Assembly: GCA_024137785.1 (NCBI GenBank)
Contig: JAHRHZ010000084.1
Coordinates: 6,969,573-7,033,572, forward strand
Reading direction: 5' to 3'
Source: Ginglymostoma cirratum
Taxonomy: Eukaryota
DNA length: 64,000 nucleotides
Position 1 is the stretch's first letter; each line of letters begins with the position of its first letter. The notes under the pieces were generated by a model, which searched no databases, was not told where the DNA came from, and was given only the letters and a program-made list of their open reading frames with translations. This document shows positions 25,201 to 36,530 of the stretch, piece by piece. A program made the translations under genes and the position numbers.

Positions 25201-27002
25201 GCCAAGGGACAGATAGCCTCCCTAACTTCCACATTTCTCGTTAATGGTCGGTATTTTTTTTTCTCTTTCACAATAGCTCAAGTTGTTTATTTCTCTGGTA
25301 AAGAGAAAAGCAAAGTATTTGAAATCATATCGCACTTATTCCATTCACCTCTGAGTGAAAATTCTTTTGCTGATCCTTAATATTGTCTATCTTTTATGCT
25401 ATGGGACCTTTATAATCATTTGCGCACTTTTGGAATGATTTGAGATTCCGCTTTGCGTTAAAACCCAATCTCTTTTCGTGCTTTCTTTTCTTCTCATGTT
25501 AACTTTTTCAGTTTAGCTCTGGAGGTTTTATATTTAATGTCATTCTCGATTGTATTTTCTAACTTGAAGCTGACAGGTTGCAACAATTGAAGTCGAGTGC
25601 TTTTCATAATCTAAAAACATAAATAAAACTTGGAAGCAATCTGTGTGCTTCCATATTTCAGGCACAGATAGATGATAACGAGGAATTTGTTGTTAAAACA
25701 AAAGTCTCTGGTCCGGATGAGATGAATTTGACAATCAGATTACAAATGGTGAAATATCATGTGCATATAAAGAAAAGAGGACTAGGCCACATCGTCTTTC
25801 AAATTGTTTTTACGTTGATTTATGAGGGGACAACGATGTATGCTTTAGAAAATGGGCTAAGAATCTGAATTTACTGGAAATTCACGAAAGACATTTCAGT
25901 TCGTCACTTCCTTGAAGTGCGTCCCAGACATTAGCGATTATACCCAAGATTCATACTTTACATTTAGAGTTCGATTCTAATTGCCTGTATTGAGACGTGT
26001 GACATTGAATGTCTAAGTAGCTCTTTTGTTTCAAAATATCCTCATTTATGATTGATATGCTCCCTACTATTGGGCTGTTCGTTTGTTCTGCACTTACCAT
26101 GAACAATTAGCTTTGACCCAGTTCCATTTCCTTGAATGATTCCATGACACATCACTGTACAGTGATAGACTCCAGAGTCTTGGAAAGTTATATTCAGCAG
26201 CTGGAAAGTACTGTACCATTTTGTTTCCAGACCAAATCGTTTTCTGCCATCGCCACTGTCTTGCACGTATTCAGATTTGCCCTGTTTCCACCAGCGCACG
26301 GTAACGCAGGTTACATCTTGGAAGATCGAAAATCTGCACGCCCAGGTAACGTTTCCTCCTTTGGTTACAGTCACTTCTTTGGGCATTTCGGTCACTCTGG
26401 ACGAAGTGCCGTCTGAAGCTGTCAAGAATAGTGTCAATTACAGGCTAATTATTTTACACATCGCGCGTTGAACTAAGAGAGAAGGGAACGGGCATGGATA
26501 AAGAGGAAATAAACTGTAATAAATTGATTTACATAGATATTTACAGCAGCTGGTACCCCTCGCTGTCTCTGAACCAAATGCTCCGCATTGGTGTCAATTC
26601 TGGACTTGATGACTAAAGAAGGCACATTCAAAAATGGCTGTACTTGTTTATCATCAACCCGCAAAACATTCCAAAGCGTTTATATCAGGCGGTAAGAGCG
26701 GGAGCATTTCCTGCTCAGCCATGATTGACTTGGACTTGCGCCCCTCGGATTAGACAGTATGGCCATCGGCGGGCGTGGTGTTTGAGGATAAAGTCTGTGA
26801 TTCGAAAAAGGACGTAAGACTCGGATTTCTACCCCATGGGTCACTAGGCTTGGAAAGATAAAGATAGAGAAAGCAAAAAACAGATTTACCTCGCCGTTAT
26901 TTCGGAAGTAGTTCGCAAGTTACCTGGGGTAATCAATAAGAACCTACCTGCGGGAATTATCCTGTGGAGAATCAGGCACAACAGAATCAGACACACTGAC
27001 AT
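16258..27002 (-). CDS. Gene A: non-rearranging V(J)-C1-TM IgSF receptor with ITIM and ITSM (SIRP-like / VJ-C1 type inhibitory receptor), 320 aa; join(26948-27002, 26098-26418, 20351-20656, 17980-18093, 17303-17346, 16668-16769, 16258-16278)
   Basis: All introns GT-AG with compatible phases (1,1,1,1,0,0); 55+321+306+114+44+102+21 = 963 nt open frame. Signal peptide, V-set, C1-set, hydrophobic TM and tyrosine motifs occur in the expected order. Confidence 0.85.
16668..16769 (-). CDS. Gene A exon 6: ITIM/ITSM exon RELAEDVHYSAVEVNKPRKSPTSSHDDERTVYGR
   Basis: Acceptor cctttctggtccattcag|AGA, donor CGG|GTAAGC; 102 nt, phase 0-0. VHYSAV fits the ITIM consensus; TVYGR plus I or V fits ITSM TxYxxI/V. 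Confidence 0.82.
17303..17346 (-). CDS. Gene A exon 5: short cytoplasmic exon (Y)KEDYLTGSNRREVS
   Basis: Acceptor ttattaatttatag|AT, donor TCG|GTATGT; 44 nt, phase 1 to 0, which is exactly what is needed to join the TM exon to the ITIM exon in frame. Confidence 0.72.
17980..18093 (-). CDS. Gene A exon 4: transmembrane exon DNVVNSLYFWLPGCVVIGMIFLVPIIAISRRGRLQNNE
   Basis: Acceptor cttacttctatag|AC, donor GAAT|GTAAGT; 114 nt, phase 1-1; uncharged hydrophobic stretch followed by RRGR stop-transfer. Confidence 0.9.
18190..18761 (-). mobile_element. Solo-LTR-like element in gene A intron 3
   Basis: Similar to 8090-8370 (ttggaccagacc.., gtgttgtgttccagatgcaactcgattgg, tagttaaaatacaacaaaagaa); begins TGTGACGATGT on the minus strand. 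Confidence 0.5.
19681..20015 (+). mobile_element. tRNA-derived SINE (shark HE1-like), decayed
   Basis: tRNA-like head (gttagcaatgctgttgcacagcaccagggacccggcttcaatt), ccccgtgtctgcgtgggtttcc core, and CR1-like tail ggcctgtttccacactgtagg. Confidence 0.8.
20351..20656 (-). CDS. Gene A exon 3: Ig C1-set domain
   Basis: Acceptor tattttgcag|TT, donor GAAG|GTATGA. Motifs: LVCETAPFFPQNFSLTWYKNG, DGLYKVSSIL, YTCMVSH. Confidence 0.95.
21400..24450 (+). mobile_element. Old, highly decayed CR1 LINE (endonuclease through RT)
   Basis: Residual RT-like DNA motifs (catcctgtttgactaattta; gtggatgtactgtacttagttttccacaatgcattc); no open frame. Confidence 0.6.
24450..25560 (-). mobile_element. Decayed CR1 fragments in antisense
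   Basis: Antisense CR1-like segments (actgattgcagttatcc..; ttgccagcgaatacacaact..); boundaries approximate. Confidence 0.45.
26098..26418 (-). CDS. Gene A exon 2: Ig V-set domain with germline J-like G strand
   Basis: Acceptor ttcttgacag|CT, donor CATG|GTAAGT. Motifs: VTEMP, GGNVTWAC (B-Cys), VRWWKQ (C-Trp), FQLLNITFQDSGVYHC (F-Cys), GNGTGSKLIV (G strand). Confidence 0.95.
26948..27002 (-). CDS. Gene A exon 1: signal peptide MSVCLILLCLILHRIIPA
   Basis: ATG at 27002; hydrophobic 18 codons plus 1 nt; donor CAG|GTAGGT (phase 1); 529 nt upstream of the V exon. Confidence 0.88.
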
Positions 27003-27260
27003 TCTGAGCAACTGATTCAACTGATCATGCTCTACTTCTACTCCACGCTTGCAATTGTTGTGCACGATATGTGGTCAATTTTTGGCAAGATGCTGCGCGA
27101 TGACGTTTGGCATCCTGTAACTGTGGGTTCAGAAATAAAAGGCTTCATTTACTTAATGAAACTTTGAAACTTTTGCAGTAAGTCAGTTGCGCAAATCCCA
27201 TACGCATTGGACAACAAGCGGTAAGGAAAACAAGCTTGGCGCCGGACTTCCAAGGAATTA
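27003..27260 (-). promoter_or_regulatory. Putative gene A 5'UTR/proximal promoter
   Basis: Locally CpG-rich. RUNX TGTGGT 27070-27075, CRE-like TGACGT 27101-27106, perfect C/EBP palindrome TTGCGCAA 27187-27194, CCAAT (minus) 27206-27210, ETS GGAAGT (minus) 27246-27251. Confidence 0.55.
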
Positions 27261-29288
27261 TGATCTCATGCAAATTTCCAGGCCATCACTTTTGTTTAAG
27301 AAAGAAGAGGGATCCACTTTTTTTTTAAACAGGAGCTTCGTATCAGGGCTCTTTCAGAAAAAGTGGGGCGGTATTTCCATTCAAACAGCTCTTTTATAGC
27401 GCAGAATTGTCTGAAGAAAGTAGGCAACACCCCTGTTTCACTGCAGTTATTTGCCACAGTATGAAATTTAAGGTTTCATAAAACCTTTTTGTTAAGTCTT
27501 GGAAATCAGTATCTAAATACTGTAAGTGGAGTGCTAAATGGCAAGGTGTTAAGGGGCCATGTAAGTAGACTGCCAGCTGTGTAGGGTGCCAGTTGGATAC
27601 AGTGGAGTGTGCCAGCGGTTAGATGTCTGACGACTGGAGGAAGTTGGGTGGGTCGGTTTCCGTCTTTGGAGAAAATGAGTAGACTGGAACCAAAAGGGGA
27701 AGATGGGGTGGGGATAAGGGGGAACTTATCCCCAGGTCTTGGAATCTGAAGGAAAAGGGGGCAGGAGATCAGTTCCTGAGGGCAATGGGGGAAGCTGTTC
27801 CAGAGCAAGAGAAGGGCGGCAGAGTTCAGGGCAGATGACGGAGCTCCAGTTCAGTGACAGGGAAAGGAATGTTGTCTTCTACCTACTTTCGATAGGGCGA
27901 GGGTTTGTGCAGCGCGAAGATGCCCAGCGCGGTGAAGTTAAGCAATTGTCGGGTGAGCGAACCTAACTTGACGGAAAGTGAGTTCCCCCGGCATTTGAGG
28001 CGGCGGTGACAATAGTTAGGGCAAGGCGGCAGTGAGAACAGGCAACCACAGGTTGAGTTCTGTGCGGACTGGAGGTGAGGGCGCGGCCTGGAGGAAAGGC
28101 CCAGCGCGGTCTCTTGAAATACAGTAATGCTGAACTTTTTGCTTCTTTACTTCTCTAATTTGTTCCTAATAGTGTGTACATAAACACCTTCTAAGATGGT
28201 ACAAAGAGCTGCAATGCTGAATTATTTATTTCTTTATCTTTTTTTTTCTGAGATCCTCTAGCTAGGTATCATTGTACCTGTAAGTGGCGACATTGTAAAC
28301 ATTTCACTGAATTCATTTTGAGTATATTTGACATTAAACTTCATTCTAATTCTAATTCAAAAATATCCTGATGAGACGTGGCCCGTGGGTCAAGGGGGAA
28401 TGAAGCTTGGGAACGGAGAAAATGGGACGGAGGGGCATGGATAACGTGTGTAGAGTGAAAAATAGGGAGGGTCCGGAATTGCTGAACATGTTTGGGCCCC
28501 AATGTGGAGCAGGTGAAGAACGCTCAGCTGGTGAAAGGAAGTCGAACCCAACGTTGCGTGAAGGTGGGTTGGGTTCGGAACAGATGGCGCAGCGAGGTAG
28601 GTGGAGGAATTACTGTGATTTTGAGTTCCAGGGTTCTCACGTCAGTGTTTAGGGCGTGCAAAGTGTCTAGTGAATGTGTAGTGGAGGGTATTTGAAGTAA
28701 CTACGCATCTAATAACCTAATTTCTCGTGAATATTTTAGTTTATTTCACAGAACCATCTAACTTCTCCAGTTTAAATGATAACTTGACAGGTTGTCAAGC
28801 AGAAAGGAGTGTTCAGTGAAATCTTCAATTCCCAGGCAATTCCTTTTGAGTATGTTCCGAAGTAAATTCTGCAGAGTCCCGTTGAGCGACTCCCATCAAT
28901 GCTCGAATAATGACTGCGTCGGCACTGGAAAATCTGGGCCATATTGATTGATTATTTAAGCTCCTAGACATGTTTCAGACAGGAACTCAGCTGTATGAAA
29001 TCTGCATGAAATACTGAACCTGGGCACACAACGTGGCGTTGACTGAGGCAATGACTACAATCATAAACCAAGCCTGTCTACGATGCAAAGTCTTACTTAG
29101 TAACATCGAAGGGGTTGTGTCAAAAGTATTGTCCCATAATCTGGTCAAGCAGAAATTTGACGTTGCCATGCTCACGAGGTCTTTAGTGTTGTGTTCAGAC
29201 AATATCCCGGGTATCACAACGACCAACCCAAGAATATAATGCACCACTGGCAGCAATGCCCTGCCAGAGATACATAGTTGGGAAAGAA

Positions 29289-29521
29289 CAAAAACAAAGT
29301 TGCTGGAAAAGCTTAGCAGGTCTGGCAGCATCTGTGGAGGAGAAAATAGAGCTAACGTTTCGGGTCCGGTGACCTTTCCTCAAAGTTCTGAGGAAGGGTC
29401 ATCGGACCCGAAACGTTCACTCTGTCTTTTCCTCCACAGATGCTGCCAGACCGGCCGCGCTTTTCCAGCAACGTTATTTTTGTTCCTGATTTACGGCATT
29501 CGACGTTCTTTTGGTTTTTAT
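29289..29521. mobile_element. Short Penelope-derived fold-back (hairpin) element with 15-bp TSD
   Basis: Arms are reverse complements around about 29385; flanks atagttgggaaagaa (29274-29288) and atagttaggaaagaa (29522-29536). Confidence 0.85.
29388..29417 (+). ncRNA. Minimal type I hammerhead ribozyme core
   Basis: CTGAGGA-A-GGGTC(atcg)GACCC-GAAA-C-GTT: CUGANGA box, stem II, GAAA box, palindromic AACGTT, GUU triplet. Confidence 0.7.
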
Positions 29522-29972
29522 ATAGTTAGGAAAGAATTTCCCTGAGCGTCTACAACATTAATTCTATATGCATAACATATGGCTGCAAATAAAACATGAA
29601 CAAGGAAAAGTGCTGCTAATTTACATCTGCACCTACCTTGCCACATTCAACACCCCTACCCCCTCAAGCATCAGCCATCACAAACCTCACAGGCGACGAA
29701 TCGATACACCAGTATGTCAACACTGAACTGCATGAAATAAAGGGAGCAGCAATAGGACAGATGAGAAATTTTGTTGCTAATTTAATCTGTTTTGCCAATC
29801 AGTCTGTTCAGAGGAACACAACTGTTCTGCAATTAAAGGGCACCCGGGCTAGAGCTGATATAAAAGATATCAGAGATAAAAGGTACTGCAGATGCTGGAG
29901 AATCCGAGATAACAAGGTGTGGAGCTGGATGAACGCAGCAGGCCAAACAGCATCATCGGAGCAGGAAAGCTT

Positions 29973-30000
29973 GACGTTTCGGGCCTAGACCCTTCATCAG
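29973..30000 (-). ncRNA. Minimal type I hammerhead ribozyme core (intact)
   Basis: Minus strand CTGATGA-A-GGGT(ctag)GCCC-GAAA-C-GTC. Confidence 0.75.
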
Positions 30001-30120
30001 AAATGGGGGAGGGGAAGAGGGTTCTGAAATAAATAGGGAGAGAGGGGGAGGCGGATAGAAGATGGATAGAGGAGAGGATAGGTGAAGAGGAGGCAGACAA
30101 GTCAAAGAGGCGGGGATGGA

Positions 30121-30220
30121 NNNNNNNNNNNNNNNNNNNNNNNNNNNNNNNNNNNNNNNNNNNNNNNNNNNNNNNNNNNNNNNNNNNNNNNNNNNNNNNN
30201 NNNNNNNNNNNNNNNNNNNN
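30121..30220. other. Assembly gap (100 N)
   Basis: Run of N inside the purine-rich arm of the Penelope inverted repeat. Confidence 1.
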
Positions 30221-31715
30221 TGTTGAAGGGAGGAGATAGGTCAGTCCAGGGAGGACGGACAGGTCAAGGGGACGGGATGAGGTTCGTGGACAGGAGATGG
30301 GGGTGGGGCTTGAGGTGGGAGGAGGGAATGGGTGAGAGGAAGAACAGGTTAGGGAGGCGGGGACGCGCTGGGCTGGTTTTGGGATGCGGATGGGGGAGGG
30401 GAGATTTTGAAGCTTGTGAAATCCACATTGATGCCATTGGGCTGCAGGGTTCCCAGGCTGAATATGATTTGCTGTTCCCGCAGCCTTCGGGTGGCATCAT
30501 TGTGGCATTGTAGGAGGCCCAGGATGGACATGTCGTCTGAGGAATGGGAGGGGGAGTTGAAATGGTTCGCGACTGGGAGGTGCAGTTGTTTGTTGCGAAC
30601 TGAGCCAAGGTGTTGGGCAAAGCGGTTCCCAAGCCTCCGCTTGGTTTCCCCGATGTAGAGGAGGCCACAACGGGTACAGCGGACCCCGCAATGGTCGAGA
30701 ACGCCCTCGACCGTGTCTCCCGCACTTCCCACAACTCATCCCTCACACTCCGTCCCCGCAATAATAACCAAAAAAGAATCCCCCTCTTCCTGACGTACCA
30801 CCCCACCAACCTCCGGATCCAACGCATCATCCTCCGACTTTTCCACCATCTGCAATCCGACCCCACCACCAAAGACATTTTTCCCTCCCCACCCTTGTCT
30901 GCTTTCCGGAGGGACCATTCCCTCCGTGACTCCCTTGTCCGCTTCACACTCACCTCGAGCCCCACAACACCCGGCACTTTTTCCTGCAACCGCAGGAAGA
31001 GCTACACCTGCCCCCACACCTCCTCCCTCACCCCAATCCCAGGCCCCAAGAAGACTTTCCGCATCAAGCAGATGTTCACCTGCACATCTGCCAATGTGGT
31101 ATACTGCATCCGTTGTTCCCTTTGTGGCCTCCTCTACATCGGGGAAACCAAGCGGAGGCTTGGGGACCACTTTGCAGAACACCTGCGCTCAGTTCGCAAC
31201 AAACGACTGCACCTTCCAATCGCGAACCATTTCAACTCCCCCTCCCATTCCTCAGACGACATGTCCGTCCTGGGCCTCCTGCAATGCCACAATGATGCCA
31301 CCCGAAGGCTGCAGGAGCAGCAAATCATATTCTGCCTAGGAACCCTGCAGCCCAATGGCATCAATGTGGATTTCACAAGCTTCAAAATCTCCCCTCCCCC
31401 AGCCGCATCCCAAAACCAGCCCAGCTCGTCCCCGCCTCCCTAACCTGTTCTTCCTCTCACCTATCCCCTCCTCCCACATCAAGCCCCACCCCCATCTCCT
31501 ATCCACTAACCTCATCCCGCCCCCTTGACCTGTCCGTCCTCCCTGGACTGACGTATCTCCTCCCTACCCCCCCACCTGCACTCACCTTTACAGGTTCCAC
31601 CCCCGCCTCTTTGACTTGTCTGCCTCCTCTCCACCTGTCCTCTCCTCTATCCATCTTTTATCCGCCTCCCCCTCTCTCCCTATTTATTTCAGAACCCTCT
31701 TCCCCTCCCCCATTT

Positions 31716-31743
31716 CTGATGAAGTGTCTAGGCCCGAAACGTC
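31716..31743 (+). ncRNA. Minimal type I hammerhead core (one stem II mismatch)
   Basis: CTGATGA-A-GTGT(ctag)GCCC-GAAA-C-GTC. Confidence 0.65.
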
Positions 31744-31822
31744 AAGCTTTCCTGCTCCTATAATGCTGTTTGGCCTGCTGTGTTCATCCAGCCCCACACC
31801 TTGTTATCCCGGGCTAGAGCTG

Positions 31823-32890
31823 TCTGCCCGTGGGTTTACGTCGGTGGATTTCCGAGCTGCGTGTTGGGCCTATCTCCACCTGTTGGTAAGTGGTTGTATC
31901 TGCAAGCAATGTCTGTGCTTCCTTAACGTGGGTTGGTTTGATTAAAATGACTGTCGCGTCCCCTTTGTCTGCTGGTAGGATTGTGATGTCCTTGTCTTAC
32001 TTGGGTTTATCTAGCGCTATTCTCTTTGCTGTGTTCAGGTTGTCCCCTTTGTTCCTTCTGTGTAGTGTGGGGATCATATTGTTTATCATTTAGAACAAAC
32101 CACACCACGTTAAGAAAGCACAGATATCGCTTGCAGATACAATCACTTACCAACAGGGGCAATAGACCCAAAACCACAGCTCGGTAACAGGATCACCCAG
32201 ACACTGAAGCGACGAATGAATGCAGGGCAGATAACCAAGACAGACTTAGTGAGAATGAAACTAGAAGGCACAAATACCCCTGCTACTATGGACCACCTAA
32301 AGTACATAAACCAGAGATCCTTCTCAGGCCCATTGTTTCCCTATCAGGTACACTATCGCACAAATTGGCCAAGGACCCACAACAGAGATTGAAACACTTA
32401 GTAGATGGATCATCCCATTCTATCTGCTCAACTAAGATTTCCTTGATACCCTCAAGAGCCTAAAAATCAGCCATATTCCCACAACATGCAGAACTAACGT
32501 GGTTTACAAAATGCCATGCAACGACTGCCACAAACAGTACATCGGACAGACAGGAACGAAACTAGCCTTCAGAATGCATGAATATCAGCTAGCGGTAAAA
32601 TGGCATGACGAACTATCCTTAATATCGACACATTTTTGCAAGGAAGGGCATCACTTTAACTGGGACAAAGTAACCGTAGTAGCCCAAGCAAAGCATGGAT
32701 ATGTACGGGAATTCCGTAAGGCATGTTTCTCCACGCAGACGTCAATCAACAGACATCTAGAGTTGGACCCCATATAGAAAACCATACAGATCAAAACCGG
32801 AAATGGCACTTCTCACGAAAACAGACTGCACAGTATGAATTCTAAGCGGAGTAGAATAACATTGCTTCGTCGGAAGCTCCACTAATGATG
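31823..32890 (+). mobile_element. Second Penelope-like family, internally deleted, with inverted 5' segment
   Basis: 32270-32400 reads PLLYGPPKVHKPEILLRPIVS (PLE RT motif); ORF 32499-32777 reads VYKMPCNDCHKQYIGQTG (GIY-YIG). 31850-31940 is the reverse complement of 32096-32185. Confidence 0.85.
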
Positions 32891-32954
32891 CCACCTTATA
32901 ATGATATCAGAACTTTTCACTATCTATCTCACTTCAATTATCATAGTTGTCTTC

Positions 32955-33420
32955 CACAGTGATTGTGATCTGTTTCATAACTGAGTATGCCTCACAATGA
33001 TCTTGACGTGCGTGAACCTAGTGATGATCCGCTTTACATTGATCAGAAATTTGTTGACACTCCTTTCAGCCTGCATGACACTGATATTGATGTCTATGTT
33101 GCTCTTTCTGGAATGCTTCAAAGTGCCTCTCCCTTGCATCACATTCCTCTTTGTTAGCCTAAAATTAATTCTGTTCAGCTTTGAACTTCGCAAGATGTGC
33201 TTGTCAATGATACTGACACACTTCACATTATTCCTGACCTGCTTCATACTACACATAAACTTTTTCATAACGATATTGGTGTTCTACTCTGATCTGCTTC
33301 ACATTCCTTTTTGCATCAGAGATAGTGACTCTGACCTATTTCACACTCCTCTCAGCCAGGCTCACAGTGATCTTGATCTAATTCACTTTGCTCCTGAGCT
33401 TATTGGCAGTCGTCCTGACG
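32955..33420 (+). repeat. Degenerate tandem repeat, unit approximately cagtgat(c)ctgacctgcttcacactcc
   Basis: Recurrent tgacctgcttcata / tgatctgcttcacattcc / tgacctatttcacactcc / tgacacacttcacatt. Confidence 0.55.
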
Positions 33421-34199
33421 CTTTGCATGCTCTTAGACTGTTAGAAAACATTGATGCAGATAACACCATTTTCCTCCTTCACCGCCAAGGCACATATGGA
33501 TGGGACTGCAGTCACCTGATCGAGTCTGCTTTTCCTCAATTCAGAAACATAAAAATCAATAAATGATTTCTGATCTCAAACCGGTTCATTAGCTATATAA
33601 TTCATGTAATATGTCATCGCCACCCCGCCCTTTTCACTCTATTTTACATGCGGTCCTTCTGAGTGCTTATCCAAAGATTATAAAGATTAAATACATCGAC
33701 TGCTGAGGAACAACTAAACCTCAACAACACTGATATCAAAATACTCACTGTCGTGAAATTGTCGCACAATTGTCCAATTTCCTGTTCAGGCAAATTGAAA
33801 ATTTCTTCCAACCAAAGAAAAGTTTCTATGTGTATATCATATTGTCTATCTTCGACAATCATCCATGTCCTTCTCCCTGGCATGTGTTTACCATTAATCA
33901 GGAAATTTAGAACTAGTGCCATATTTGACTTCAAAATCAGGGCATAATACAAAAAGATATTTTAGCATATGTGGTTCTGCTAACCTCTCAGCCACCACGC
34001 TGCCCCAACAGGGAAACCCTCATCCAGCCTGGGCAAGGAAATGATTGACAGGTTGATAGCCCTTTCTCGATACTGTGTGTGGTGGTGAACGACCATTCTT
34101 AGTTGGTGCAGCGATTTGTCTGGTTAATTTCGATAATGAACGAAACTCCCTCACACTAAATAGTTATGCAACCCCCAAGCAGTCTGCATCAAAATTCTT

Positions 34200-34850
34200 A
34201 GAGGAACAGAACCTTAGCAGTTTGCATATAATGTGAGAAAATGTGAGGTCACATGTCATGACCCTTTGAGAGAAGAATTCCCTCATCATCTCTGTTTGAA
34301 GTAGGCGACTCCTTACTCTGAGTTTATGCCTTCTTCTCCGAGATTCCCACACCAGGGGAAACAACTTTTCTGCCTCTAACAGTCAAGTCCCCTAAGAATC
34401 CTATATTGTTAGATAAGGTCTCCTCTCATTCTTCTGAATGTCAATGAATATAGGCCCAACGCACTCAAGCTCTCCTCATAAACAATTGGAGAAGCTACTG
34501 AACCTTCCTTGGGTTGCTTGCAATGTCAGTCTATCTTTGTTTTGATAAGGGGTCTAAAACTGTAGTGCCTTGTATAGTTTTCGTTAAAGTTTAATTATTT
34601 TATGCTCCATTTTCTTTGAAACAAAGACCATCATTCAGTTTTCCTTTCCCCTAATCGCCACTGAACGTAAATGCTCTCTTTTCATGTAAGAGGAGTACCA
34701 AATCCATCAGTTACGTAGCTTTCTGCAGTATTTATTCATTTATCTCCTCTTTTCTTTCTACCAAGTGGGTGAACTCACATTTTCTCACATTATATGCAAA
34801 CTGCTAAGTTTTGTCAATAGCTTAATCTATCTCTATTTCTCTGCAGAACA
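34200..34850 (-). mobile_element. CR1 3' fragment
   Basis: Minus ORF MFPLVWESRRRRHKLRVRSRLLQTEMMREFFSQRV is the typical CR1 ORF2 C-terminus. Confidence 0.75.
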
Positions 34851-36279
34851 TCTACAGACCTCATCTCTTAGCCCCCACCCCTCGGTTGTCTCTCGGTTTT
34901 CACAAACTAATGCAATAAACATTGAAGTAAGAAAAGAGCACGACTAACTGCAAAGGTCTAACCTGGGCGTTGTATTTGGACTTTAGAAGGGCCTATATGA
35001 AAGATATATCTTGGCAAAAGCCTCTGTAGAGTTCTGCGGCATGTTTAACTGCTGTTCCATATACCCGCTAACATTCTGACGTAATCATACCCATCTATGG
35101 CTCATCTGTATAAGGTAACATGTCAGAGAAAAGCATAGCCATTCCCAAGTGCATACTGTCCTACAGGCAGGACTGACACACAATAAATTACAGTACAGTG
35201 GTATACAGTGCTGGGAATGGTCCTTTGATGCTTCAATATTGAAATTGAACAACACGATCTCTTACGAAATCAAGTCAGAAACAGGAAAGAACATATTCTG
35301 CTTAAATAACAACCCTCACCTGATGCTTGTGTTACTCTGCATTTTAAACGTATCTTCAAACAAACGTTGACAGTTGCAAGTGCAGAGAATATATTCTGTG
35401 TGGCATCTTTTAATGTTCAACAGCAACAGCAGCTCCAAGGCATGACTGTTGATTGAGTTCTCTAATAACTTCCGCTGGTTGAAGTGGTCACTGTACAGTA
35501 TTCATGAAGACAAAGCCTAATCTTCATATTATCTTATTTTCTTGTTCCTATTGTCTTATGTGGCGATATAAATGCAATAGGTTCACAATACGAATAACAG
35601 CTCAAAATTATATCTTCAAAGTGGTTGTCTGTTTTCAGCTGAAGCGCAACTGTATACCACCATAAGTGTTCCATCATATCCTTCACTCTTTCGTTGCCAA
35701 ACAGCCGGTGGATTGACTCTAGCTGATTAAGGAAAGAAGGTCAATCGGGCTGTTTCTAAAACAGAGAAGCCAATGTTTGTAAGTTATAAACAAATTACAT
35801 ATACACCAGAAAACTTAACCAACATATTATGGACAGAGATTAGTGACTTCACAGTATGCCAAAATTTCTGTAGTACTACCATATATGTCAATGTTGTTAC
35901 TCCTGAGCAATATTTGGTTGTTTGATATTTGTCGTTTATGGTTTTGAATGTAAATATAGGGATCATGATCAACAAGTTCGCATGACGATGTAAAAATTGG
36001 TTATGTACTTGACAACGAGGAGGAAAGACTGAAACAGCATAAATATATAGATGACTTAGCAGGTTGGGCATAAAATTGAAAAATCGATTTTGTCCGGAGA
36101 AATGTGAGGCAGCGTTTTTTGGAGGTTCAGCAGGAAAGTAAATACGCAATGAATGAGAGGATACTGAGTTAGATTGGGGAACCAAAAGGACTGTGCAGTG
36201 CATGTCAACTGATTGTCAAGGGTAGCAGGCCAGGTCAACTTGGTGATTGCGAAGGCATACTTCATGTTTCAGTAAATTT

Positions 36280-36530
36280 GAAAAAAAAATGAAAGAACTG
36301 CAGAAGCTGTAAATCGGAGGCAAAACAATATAAATTGCTGGAAAAGCTCGGCAATATTGGAGAGAAATCGGAATTAAAGTTTCGGGTCGAGTGACCCTTT
36401 CTCAGAACTCAGTTTTGATGTCTCAAAACTGAGTTCTGAGAAAGGGTCACTCCACCCGAAACTTTAATTCCGATTTCTCTCCATAGGTGCTGACGCACCT
36501 GCTGAGCTTTTCCCGCATTTCCTTTTTTTG
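36280..36530. mobile_element. Short Penelope-derived fold-back element
   Basis: Near-perfect palindrome centred at about 36420 (tctcagaactcagttttga / tcaaaactgagttctgaga); same family as 29289-29521. Confidence 0.8.

Larger units (their letters stand above)
29858..31807 (+). mobile_element. Penelope-like element, 5'-truncated, with inverted terminal arm (left arm about 29870-30683 inverted; right arm 30684-31807) and 15-bp TSD
   Basis: ORF 30610-31443 has a GIY-YIG endonuclease (NVVYCIRCSLCGLLYIGETKRRLGDHFAEH...EQQIIF..LQPNGIN); the same motif appears inverted in 30349-30732. TSD cccgggctagagctg at 29843-29857 and 31808-31822. Confidence 0.92.

Noticed and set aside
35120-35270. Minus-strand CSISILKHQRTIPSTVYHCTV...GNG resembling a V-domain E-F-G region
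   Set aside because: No recognisable B-Cys/C-Trp half or DSG motif; too weak to call by eye.
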